Shown here one piece after another: positions 26,459 through 37,422 of a stretch of DNA of 64,000 bases. The DNA is taken from contig NC_045707.1 of NCBI RefSeq assembly GCF_009834535.1, positions 50,346,001 through 50,410,000 of the forward strand. The letters run 5' to 3'. Source of the DNA: Camelus ferus (taxonomy: Eukaryota). A program made the translations under genes and the position numbers. Under the pieces are notes generated by a model. That model saw only the letters and a program-made list of their open reading frames with translations. It had not been told where the DNA came from and did no database searches. Every line of letters begins with the position of its first letter. Within the stretch, counting starts at the first letter, position 1.

Positions 26459-26760
26459 CTTATCTTAGTTTGGGCTGGGTGGCTTAAACAATAATTTATT
26501 TCTCACAGTTTTAGAGACCAGAAGTCCAAGATCAAGGTGCTGGTATGATTAGGTTCTGGGAGAGACCCTCTTCCTGGTTTATAAGCAGCCACTTTCCCAT
26601 TGTATCCTCATACGGCACAGAGAGGGAGAGCTTTGGTCTCTTACTCTAGGGACACTACGCTCCATCTTCATGACCTCATTACTTCCCAGAGGCCTCATCT
26701 GTAAATGCTATCACATTGAAGATTGAATTTTGGGAGAACACAAAGATTTAGTCCATAGCA
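26459..26760 (-). mobile_element. MLT1A-like MaLR LTR
   Basis: GGGTGGCTTAAACAATAATTTATTTCTCACAGTT..AAGTCCAAGATCAAGGTGCTGG..CATGACCTCATTACTTCCC..TTAGTCCATAGCA. Confidence 0.8.
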
Positions 26761-27984
26761 AGTCTTCACTAACTGAGGCAACTGATAAAGTGTATATCCC
26801 GTCAACCACCTACTAAATGGAAATCTATAGATCCTTTACTCTGTCTCTGAGGCCATTCATAAGTATTGATGGTTGACTGTCCATCTCTCCTTCATGGGAG
26901 GGAGCACGAATTAAAGGTGGATATGACAGCATTCTGATTCCTTAAGCATTGGACTTTAATTTGGGGAAAGGGCATAGACACCCAAGAAAAGCATTCTGTT
27001 CCCTTTCCCTTTACTCTCCTTTTTTCTTCCTCCTCCTCCAACTTCATCTCCACCTTTCTCCTTTGAAGCTATCAAAGATTACAAGGTGCATTTAGCTTAA
27101 TCATCCAGACTCAACATTACTCATCTAGTTAACAGAGATTGATCAGAGGTGTTCTCTTTTTCTTTCTAGGCCATTTCCAATAACACAACCTCTTGCACCC
27201 CACTGACTGACAAACCCAAAATGACCAAAGAAATCTGCCAGAGTCTTACCTTTGTATTTATAGCTTGCTTCAGAATTGATGTTGGACCCTGTGCTCATCT
27301 CTTTCTCTTCCTGGAAGCCAGTTCTTTTACAAGAATGTAACCGCAAAAAAGTAGCTGGAAGGAAAGAACATTTTGGAAGGGTTAGATGTACACATATACC
27401 TGAAAGAAGCAAGAGATGGGAATAAATCTGGCTGCTATTTTGGCCCAACATCTAGACGTTGTCTTACTCTGACTTGTTTTAGTTACTAGAGAGTGGGAAC
27501 TACGTATTTTCTTAGAAGGAGCGTGAGCTGGCGGCACACTCTTCTCCTAATAACACAGTTCCTTCTGGGGAATTGGGGGTGAGTCGCCTGCCAGTGATCT
27601 TCGCTGGGCAGTGGAAAGCATAGCTGACAGTTACTTTAGAGTACTACTCTGAGAATAGAGCCCCTGATGAGTCTGTTTAAGAGCATTAGGAAAAAGGAAG
27701 AGAAACTAATGTCTATCAAACTTTCACATCCAGGCTCTGTGCAAGGTTTTTTCACATGAATTACCTTATCCTCGTAATAATTCCTAAAACTACACATTTT
27801 TAGATTGAATCATATTGTGCATTTTATGTAGGTCAAAAATGGTTGACGATTGGCTTTTCACACCCTTCAACCTAATATTATCCTCATTTTTTAATCATAA
27901 AAACACACCACACACACTTGTTCTGTTCCCTGTCTACTCTCCTGGATTCCCCTCCAAGCTTCCCACTTTGCAGCATAAAGGAAT

Positions 27985-28152
27985 TATTCTCAAACTTCAA
28001 AGCAAGGCTTATTAGAAAACAGATTGCTCATTTCTAACCTCAGAGTCTCTAATTCAGTACATCTTGGATGGCACCAGAGATATTGAATTTCTAACAAATA
28101 ACCAGGTGATACTGCTGCTTCTGGTCCAGGATCACACCTTGGGAACCACTGG
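27985..28152. mobile_element. MER5A-like DNA transposon
   Basis: TTCTCAAACTT..AAAACAGATTGCT..TTTCTAACAAATAACCAGGTGATACTGCTGCTTCTGGTCC..GAACCACTGG. Confidence 0.75.
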
Positions 28153-28697
28153 TATAGAGGAATGACATCCTCGAAGATAAACCTTCAAGATTTACTTTTT
28201 TCCCCTCTTTGGCCTCCAAAACAACATTTAAAATCTAGATTTTATTTAAAAATATTTTCTAAAACTGATGTTTTTTTCACTTAGCCTCACTTTATGTGTC
28301 TTTGTATATAATGCATAAAACAGAATCTGTATCACCTTAGTTTTTAAAGACTACAACATTTTTCCATGTATATGAACATAATTCCAGAAAAACTATTTTA
28401 TAGATTAAGTGATACTAAAAGTCTAAAATTTAAAGTGCTGGAGTCTAAGGGAAGGGTGAAAGAATAAAGAACATTTGGTGGGTGGGTGAGACAATGCAGT
28501 AGAGATTCATACACCGTGTTTGAGTTTATTCTGGACATTATCCCTTCAAGTCCTTTCTGCTACTGAATTTTATGAGCCAAAAGACACTGAGAAAAACCAG
28601 CCAGGAATGATTCCCTCTACTTTTAAGATAAGGAAACAGACTCAGAAGAGTAAAATGATTTTCCCATCAATGCTGGTCCGTGGAATAACCCAGGAGA

Positions 28698-28962
28698 TGT
28701 TAAAAGATGAACTGAGGTATATTAAAAATGTTAAGTTTATGTGAGCAAAAACTGATTCCAGTCCGGCAGCACCAGAAGCAAGAAAGGAAATTATTCAATT
28801 GGCTATAGCGTAAAGCCTGGTTGGCTGTTTGTGACTGCTTGTCCTTAGCATTTTGATTTCGTAACCTTGAGGCACTTGCAGGCTTGGATTTTGGTTTGCT
28901 TACATAAGCTACTATGGCAGTAGAGTCACCTCAGCCTGATGACCTCCTTGTTTAATTCAACA
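28698..28962. mobile_element. Possible short/internally deleted ERV LTR
   Basis: TGTTAA...TTCAACA termini interrupting a MIR-like segment; LTR-like interior (ATTGGCTATAG); no convincing TSD. Confidence 0.4.
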
Positions 28963-29889
28963 GGGGTCAGGGCAAACGTCAGAGTTGGTGCCAGAGGGGG
29001 AACAGTGCATAGGAGACGGGGACACGACGTCTAATTTGGGCTAGGATAGAGGAGGAAATCCTATTCCTCTAACTTCCTCTCACTTGCACCTGTATTCAAA
29101 TACATTAGGAATAAATATAAAAGTTCCTTTAATCTTGAGTCATCAAAAATACTCTAGAATCTTGGCATGCACAATCCAGGTAGTCATCAGATGTTCTGTC
29201 TATTTACTACTAAACACGTGGGTATTCAGAAACACCACTATTTTTGTTAGAAGCTCAGACAGTATCTTCCTCGCTATGTGCTCCTCTGGTCTCTCCCAAG
29301 GACTTGAGAAAGCTGTTTTTCTTTCTTTGTTTCCCTGTGTCCTTGTACTTAACTCTCCTTCTCTTTCTTCCTTTATCTCATCCATTTTCTTTGTTCCTGC
29401 TTTTATCACACCAACTTTTTTTCTACCTAATTTGCCTTAACCCATCCAGCTCCATTCCCTGTGTATTTTCCACTTCAATGAATGTGAAATGTTTCTTCTT
29501 TGATCAGGACTTTCCCTAAAGGTTTTAGTAGGTTTTGCCCTAAATGGGAGGTGGTGGTAACTGGTTTTGCTCATCCTAACAAACAACGTAGAAATGCCAA
29601 AGAGATACTAATACCACTTAGCCTTTACAAATGACAAAGAAGCTGGAGAAATTTATTAGTAAGCAATTACATATTCTTTAAAATATGTAGTAAACCCTCT
29701 GGTCCCTCTTCTTGGTAGAATTGCCCTGAACAGCCTGGACAAGTTACCTTATGTCTATGAATTTTGGCTTCCTCACCTATGAAAACGTGATAATAATATC
29801 TTCTCACACAGCTGTTACGAGGATAAAATAAAAAGGGTGCTTCATCTATCTATTATTATTCTCCTCCAAACTATCAGAATAGCATTAGT

Positions 29890-30950
29890 CCATTCACACA
29901 TTCATTCAAGGATGTGTGCTACTCACTATAAACAGAACCGTGAACAAGATCGGTCTTTGACTTCATGGAACTTACAGTCTATCAGAAGAGATAGATGAAA
30001 ACAAATAATTGTAAAAATAATAAACCATAATGAGGACAACAAAGGAAAATACATTGTGCAACATGTGCAGTGGAGAAAAAGGACACTGTATCAGGAAAGT
30101 GTATAGTGGGGGGACCTGATCTGGTCTGCAGGAGTGGGTGGGCAAGCATGAGTTCTCCACTGGAGTGACATTTAAGTTCAGGTTCAAAAGATGAATGTGG
30201 GATTGACTAATTAGTAAACGGAGAAGGGAGAGTTCCAGACAGAGGGAATCGCATGTTCAAAGGCCTACAAGGTGCCAGAAAGAACTCGGTACATTTCAAG
30301 GAATTCATGAAAGGCCCATATGTTAGAAAGCCAGGGGGAGAGGGTCATGAGATGAAGCTGCAGAAGTCGGTGGGAGCAGAACCACCAGGTCTTTGGGACC
30401 ACAGTAAGGGTTATTTTCCTTTCTCCCAAAAGCACTTGGTAGACTTTGAAAGGATGTAAGCTGGGAAATAATATAGTCAGATTTTCCTCTTGAATCTGCT
30501 GGGTTAGAATAAATTGGGGAAATGCAGGAATGGAAGAGGGATATCTGTTAGGCTTCCATGGTTGTCTAGATGAGATATAATGCTTGATTACAGAGGTGGG
30601 AGGGAACGGGAATGGAGCTTTGAGATACTTAATAGATGGACTTAGGCTTTGTGGATCAAGCAAGCATAAGCTGTGAAGATGAGGCTGATCAATAAGATTT
30701 CCAGTTTTCTGGTTCTGCTGGTGCCATTTACTCTTAGAAGGAACACATTTGCAGGGGAGGCTCATTTGTTCTGGCTTGGATATACTGACTTTGAGATGCC
30801 TGTAAAACATCCACACAAAAATGTCTGATGAGCAAGCGGTTCAGTACACAGATCTGAACTGGACAAAAAGTATGAGAGTTGATGTTTTTTCGAGGATACT
30901 GAAACATAGGAGTAAACGAGATAAGGAAGGGGAGAAATACACAACAGCAA
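29890..30950 (-). mobile_element. L2 3' portion, about 1 kb
   Basis: CTTCATGGAACTTACAGTCTA..GTTCCAGACAGAGGGAATCGCATGTTCAAAGGCC..GGTGCCATTTACT..TTTGAGATGCCTGTAAAACATCCA. Confidence 0.75.
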
Positions 30951-31614
30951 ACCAGCTAGACAAAAATGATAATGTATCCAGAGGATAGTTACTGTATGAA
31001 TGAGGAGAAGGGGTGAAGGGGGGGTTGTGTAAGTAGACAGGGTGGAGGATGGATGTGTCTTTGTTGGCAGAAGCCATTTTTCCTTTAAAGTTGTAGTTTC
31101 CAAGCTCACTAGAGTCCCTTGGGTAGCTTATTTAGGGTAGAATTTAAAAACTCAGCCTTGAAGGACCCAGACCTTGGGCACCATTAGTCCTCAGATAAAT
31201 TGGGGAGAGGGAAATATAATCCTTTCATATTCCCCTTTCCTGTCATTATTTATACATATCACATAAATGTTTGTGTATCTTTAAAACACATTTTCTATAG
31301 TGAATTTAACACTAGATTTAAAAACAGGAAAAAAGTACTTTAAAATGTAGCCAATAATTGCTGTTTAGATATAGAAAATTCAACATTTTTCTGTTGATTA
31401 CAATGGAAAAAAAGCATTGGTTAGATAATCATTCAGGTTTGATTCTCACTGGAAACATTTGTATATTAGAGAATTCCACTCTGATACCTCATGAATATTT
31501 AATTACAATCTTCATGCTTTTTATATTATAGTCTTGTCTGTGTCTCAGGATAATAAAGAACAATAGTAAATGTAAAAACCTACCTATATACCCACCCATC
31601 TATCCACCCAACCA

Positions 31615-31860
31615 GGGCAATATAATGTAGCAGTTAACAGCATGGATCCTGAGATTAGTTTATCTGGGTTCAAATCCCAACTCTGCCACTCACAGACCCT
31701 GTGTGCTTGGGAAGGTCACTTAAACTCTCTATACTTCAGTTTCCACATTATAAAATGGATACAATAGTAATTTATATCTCATACAATTTTGTGAGAATTA
31801 AATGAGCTAATATATGTAAAGCACTTATGATGTAGCCTGGATTATACTAAGTGGTTTATA
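31615..31860 (+). mobile_element. MIR, near full length
   Basis: CTGGGTTCAAATCCCAACTCTGCCACTCAC..CTTCAGTTTCCACATTATAAAATGG..GTGAGAATTAAATGAGCTAATATATGTAAAGCACTTA. Confidence 0.85.
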
Positions 31861-33403
31861 TTTTACTAGTACAGATAATGACCCAGGCCTAGACCACAGT
31901 GTTCTACAAGGAGTTTACAGTCTAGTGGGAAGTTGAGATAAGGACATACTGTAATGGGGGCAGGACAAGCCTGATGAAGTCACAAAGGAGGGGGAGCAAA
32001 GGGATTCTGTAACAACTTTTGGCATACAACTCATTCACAATCACAAAAACACTTATTTTGTGCTTTGCAATTTTCAAAGTGATTATGCATATCTTAATTT
32101 ACTTGAATCTTCTATCAGCCTTGTGAAATCAATATTTTGGAGAACATTTCCTGGGTTAATTGTAGGAGAAGAGTCTCGTAAAAATAAGACACATTTTATA
32201 ATCTCAAATCATAAAGTTTAGTGGAGTTTTTGGTCCCAGATTTACATAAATGGAAGTTGAAGTTTAGAATTAAAGGACTGGCCAAAGTCACACAGCTGAT
32301 GATACAAGAATGATAACAACCCCAGTCTAAAAACCATACAACCAATTATGTATGGTTTTTAGTCTGTTCATTACATATATGGTTCTAAAACTAGATGAAA
32401 TCATACACTAACGGGCACAGAACCCCTGAGGTCCTTTCCTGAAAGTAATACTAAAAAGTTGTATACTTGGGTTTTAGAAACTCAGACATACCAAGATTAT
32501 GCAGAAAAAGAATAAACAAGGTTCTCTGAATGTTGTCTTTGGCTTTGCAATGCCAGAATACATCACCCACATCCTGGTAGAGTAAAAAAAATCTTTCTGA
32601 GTCTCCTTATTCAGCAAGCTTCCTCAACTAGGATGCCAAGCCATTTCACAGGGACATAAAGGGAACAAAGGTAGGGCTATATCAGCCCTGGGGCAGGATG
32701 GCTGAAGTCACCCCTGAGTGCTTGGAGCCAAGGTTAATTGTCCAAATCCAAAGGCAAGCTCAGGTGGTAGGCAGCGGGGCAGGCTGGGGTTGGTCACAGA
32801 ACAGGCTGGGTGCTGGAGAATTAGAAATCTACTACCATGAGAGAGGCTCAGTTCAAGAGGACCCAAAGTCAAAGAGTCAGAGTCAAGATAAGGCCACAGG
32901 GAATGGGAATATAAAAAGTGGGTGAAGGATCAGGAGGGCAACACAGAAGGACAGATCCGTATCAGGGTAACTCGATCCCTGAATAGGCTTCCTGTTCCTA
33001 CTTCTGAGGCTTTCTTCAACAATAGTTTGGCAGAGTCTGTCACAGCCGAGTTAGTCTAGACTGCACAGGTGAGAACCAGCAAAGGTTCACTGGCTGAAAT
33101 GAGGCAGGAGTTAGCCTAGTGCTCATGAGTCAATTACAGGGAGATTTAGAATGGTAACAAAGGCACACAGGAGGCCAGCCTCAGAAGCATGTGTATACTG
33201 TTGAAGATTTGTACTTCGCCAAAACATCATGTTCTACTTCAAAGGAAAAACCCTTAAAAGGTGTTCATTTTCCAAAACGGTTCATAGTAGATGACTAGTA
33301 AGTGGCTTTCAGAGAGGGGAAGGGGAGAAGAAGCCAAACTAATACCCTTTACAGTGAATCAGAAACATATACATCACGCTGTCTTTGAAAAGCGTATAGA
33401 TCT

Positions 33404-33863
33404 TGTCAACGAAAAATTAATCAGTTGAACTAATAAATAAATTGAAAATTTTATTTGAGTCTATTTAACCTGGTAAGAGCCCCTCAGAAAGCTCTGAGAC
33501 CTGTTTCACCAGTTAGAAATCAGGGCACAGTTTTAAAAGTTTTCTGAGATGGGGGCCATACATCAAATAACATCTAGTTGACAGTTTCCATAATCCACAC
33601 CTAAGCATCATCCCAGTGGGTCATGTGACCCCTTACAAACTCAAGAAGGAAAGTTATCTTTTAAGGAGTTGTCTTGTTGATGCTGGGAGAATGTTGCTCT
33701 TTATGGTTGAGCAGGTATTCCTGCTGATGGGGGAGGTTTGGTCCATGTGTAATGTAGATACACTATGCACAGTGTGGGGAGAGAGGAGGTCAAAGGGCAG
33801 AGAAGAATTTTTCATGTTTAAATTTTCCCTTGTCTTATCATAAAATATGAATTTTATTTCACA
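33404..33863 (-). mobile_element. Solo ERV1-like LTR, 460 bp
   Basis: TG...CA termini, 4-bp flanks ATCT/GTCT (one mismatch), minus strand begins TGTGAAATAAAATTCATATTTTATGA and has AATAAA about 45 nt before its 3' end. Confidence 0.7.
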
Positions 33864-34034
33864 GTCTGAAAATAAAAAGGCCAAAACCTTTTAAAATCTT
33901 TTGAAAAACCCAAATATTTGGATTTTCATACCACTTCCCCAATTGGAAATTGGTTTGAGATGTTGGAATAAAAATTGATTTGAGATTATTACCCTGAATT
34001 AAGAAAGATCTAAGGATGATGGGAACCCTTATAT

Positions 34035-34195
34035 GACGCTTCAAGATGTGCCAGCCACTCTTCTGAGCACCAAATATGTGCTCATTTAATTCTTTCAGCA
34101 ACCCTACCAGTCCTATTATTATCATTATTTTACCTTTGAAGTAATTGAAATATAAAGAAATTAAGAGACACGCCCACGATCACACAGCCTGAAGT
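34035..34195 (-). mobile_element. MIR fragment
   Basis: CTCATTTAATTCTTTCAGCAACCCTA..ATTATTATCATTATTTTAC..GATCACACAGC. Confidence 0.7.
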
Positions 34196-34509
34196 TCATA
34201 GAATCCTGCAAAAGATGGATGTGGTAAAATATAATCCCATTTGTCCTCTTCTTTCTCTGCAGTCATGGGGCCAGGAGCATTTTGGGGGACCGTAACCCCA
34301 AATCTGTGCTTCAATGTAGCCAAGAGACTCTATTTTCTGTCCTGTGGTTAGCCTGAAATATGGGCATACTTCATGGGTAAAACAGTGATGACTGTGCTGA
34401 GCAGTGAAATACTGTAAAACCTCTTAAGCTTTAGTGTCACAAATGCAGAGATATATACGTCAGATAGAATAACCTCTGCTATTATTGTGCCCCATACTTT
34501 CTTCCTACT

Positions 34510-34800
34510 GTTAGTGGGTTAGCATAAGGGTTGGAGTCATATTGCTGGGGTTAATTCCTAGCCAAACTTACTATTTACGCAATTTGGAAAGTTATTTATC
34601 CTACAAGGAACTGGTGTTTCCTTTTCTCCACAGTGGGCATAATAATAGTCTCTACCTTACAGGCTTGTCAGGGGACTTAGATATGATGTGTACTAAATAC
34701 TTTGTATAGACAAGATCGGGTGCGTACCAGGTGGTACGGCCATCTAAACGCCCTGTACAGGACGCAGCACTTGGTAGGTGCTCAGTACACGCTAGTTATT
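34510..34800 (+). mobile_element. MIR (possibly interrupted)
   Basis: ATAATAGTCTCTACCTTACAGGCTTG..AGCACTTGGTAGGTGCTCAGTACACGCTAGTTATT. Confidence 0.6.
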
Positions 34801-35449
34801 GTGGTTGGTTTTTATTACTCTGAAGACAAAACCAGAGGAAATATGGAGGAAAGGATCTTTTTATCTCTGGCTCTCCCTCCTCCCTCTTTCAAAAATTCCA
34901 TGCATGATGCAGTTAGCATTTAGACATTGTTAGGATGGGAAAGGTCAATGTAACCTTACTTTCCTGTTTTGCCCATTTAAAAAAAATGACAGTTTCTTAT
35001 TGGATTAATGGGACTGCTGATCCAGGAGAGAAGGAGAGAAGAGGTGATGGATAGAAAGGACAGGCAAGAGGTAGGTATGGTGATTCACACCATTGAGCTA
35101 AGATATCAGGGTTGGGTGGTGGGATGGTGGGGGGGGGGGTTCTGACTAAGAAAAGAGTAGGGAAGCAGTGATAGTAATCACTTGTTTTAGGAACCTGGAG
35201 GAGCTGGCGGGGTGTTGGGGATGGAATATGATGCTGGATAATTTTATAGGTAACAACATCTACATTGTAAGCACATAGTTTTGGGAACCATACTTCCTGA
35301 CCAGAGTTTAATAGTGACTCATTTTTATACTGAATTCATGATGTAACACATATTTTAGTATGTTTTCATGAGTTCTCTACAGGTAGTTAATTTTGTAGAA
35401 TAGTATTAATTGGCATATTTCCTTCACCTTTCTCACCAGTATTGGCAAC

Positions 35450-36380
35450 ATCAAGAAAACAGAAAAAGTACATTAAGGCATTTACTAGAAAATACTATGT
35501 TAAAAAAAAACTTACCTATATACCAGTAATATCTCATTAGAAAATATAATACAAAAAGAAAGATCTCATTCAAAAATTGAAATAATGTTAAAAAGTCTCC
35601 ATAAGACTTTTGTGGAGAGAATTGCAAACCTTTTGTGAAAGATACAAAAACAAACAAACAAACAAACAAAAAACCACCAAATAAATAGGTTTGACCATTG
35701 AAGGATGGAGAAATACTCAATGTTTTTCAATGTCAATTCTCCTCCATATAATCTACATATTCAATGTAAACCTAGTCAAAATATAAAAAAGATTAAAAAA
35801 TGGAATTCAACAGGATGAATCTACAAATTTTATGAGGGAAAATGTCCAAGAATAGCCAAGGCAATTTTAGAAAGGAAATACAGAGCAAGGACCTGCCAAC
35901 AGCTCCCAATAGAAAAGAAAATAAAGTTGTATTCATTGAAACAATACATTGTTGATGCAGGAATAGCCAAGTAGGTCAATGAAACAAAATAGAGGTTAGA
36001 AATATAAGTATGTTATATACAAATTTGGTATTTTATGGCTCTGGTGTTTAGATTAGAGTTGAAAGGATGGGTTATTCAATAAATTGGCCCTCCATTTGGA
36101 AAAAATCAGACTTCTATCTCAGTTGGATGAAAGACATAAATACTAAAACTATTAACAAAAGAAAATTCTTTAGTGTAGGAAAGATATTCACGAAAGCAAA
36201 GATCACAAAGGAAAATACTGATAAATTCCATTAATCATAACTTATAAACTATGTACCATAATCAATAAAAAGTAGAAAGTAGCTAGTAGATTGGAAGAAA
36301 ATATTTTTACCACACGTAACAGACCGAAGATTCATATTAGGAAGACATTCTTACAAGAGAAATAAATGACATAAAAAAAA
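35450..36380 (+). mobile_element. Ancient L1 ORF2 internal fragment, no open frame
   Basis: A-rich; ATGTCAATTCTCCTCCATATAATCTACATATTCAATG, CCAAGAATAGCCAAGGCAATTTT, GGATGGGTTATTCAATAAATTG, GATTGGAAGAAAATATTT are L1 ORF2 hallmarks. Confidence 0.75.
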
Positions 36381-37174
36381 AGGGGGGGGGCCATCTTCCC
36401 TACTCCAGCTTTCCATTTATACAGTTGGTATTCAGCATGAAAGAATGATTTAATGAAAACATCTCTTCCAATATTTCTTTAAAATTAAAATTCAGAGAAA
36501 AATTACTTTTAAGTTATCAAACCAGCATATGTAAATTTCACGAGAGACTACTTTTTAATAATATAACTTAGAAATAATAGAATGTATATTTATAGTTTTA
36601 CATTTGTGGAATTTAATTACGGTTCATATATGAGGGTTGGCGATAAGTTCTATAAACAACCTTGAGTCTGAATTGGAGAATTAGGATGAGGGTTAGGGTC
36701 AATATTAGAGTGACTTTTATCTTTCATTTCTTTTATTGTCTGGAGTTTCAGTAAAATGGATTTAAAACATGTATTTTAAATCTGCAATAGTTCAAGTATT
36801 CAATGTCTGTTCTACATCAGGAGGGATATCAGACTATGTGCCCTGAGCTTTGGGTCAGAAAAATCTCATTATGATAGGCATGGAAATAAATACATTAACT
36901 AGATTTTTCCAAATTGCCTCTTCTCCGTGCATAAGAAAATGCACATTAATGCCCAGACACTCTCGCTGTATGCCCAATAACACTATGTTAAATGCAAGTC
37001 AAGACTATCAGCCTGTTTGCGCTCATGGTGGAGTCCCTATATTTTGGGTCAGGTTTGCCAGCCTGTGATCTGAAGGCCACTAAGGTGGAAGGACGAGACC
37101 TGATTTGCACATGACCTCCTATGTTCTCTCTTCTTTCTCCTTTATGTTTTTCCTCCTCTCTTTATCTTTTCCTT

Positions 37175-37422
37175 TTCTTTTTTTTTTTTTCTTAAATTGA
37201 CTTTATTTTTAGAGCAGTTTTAGGTTCATAGCAAAATTGAGTGGAAGGTCCAGACATTTCCCATATACTCCCTATCTCAACACATGTGTAGTCTCCCCTG
37301 TCATCTCCCACTGGAGTGGTCCATTTGTTACAATCAATGAACCTATATTGACATATCATAATCACTCAAAGTCCATAGTTTACACTTGGGGTTCACTCTT
37401 GCTGTTGTACAGTCTATGGCTT
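37175..37422 (-). mobile_element. L1MC-like 3' end with poly-T tail
   Basis: GACTTTATTTTTAGAGCAGTTTTAGGTTCATAGCAAAATTGAG..CATTTGTTACAATCAATGAACC..AAAGTCCATAGTTTACA. Confidence 0.8.

Noticed and set aside
32580..33110. Possible ancient LTR (Gypsy-like/ERVL) remnant
   Set aside because: Purine-rich LTR-like texture but no termini, TSD or family match I can support.
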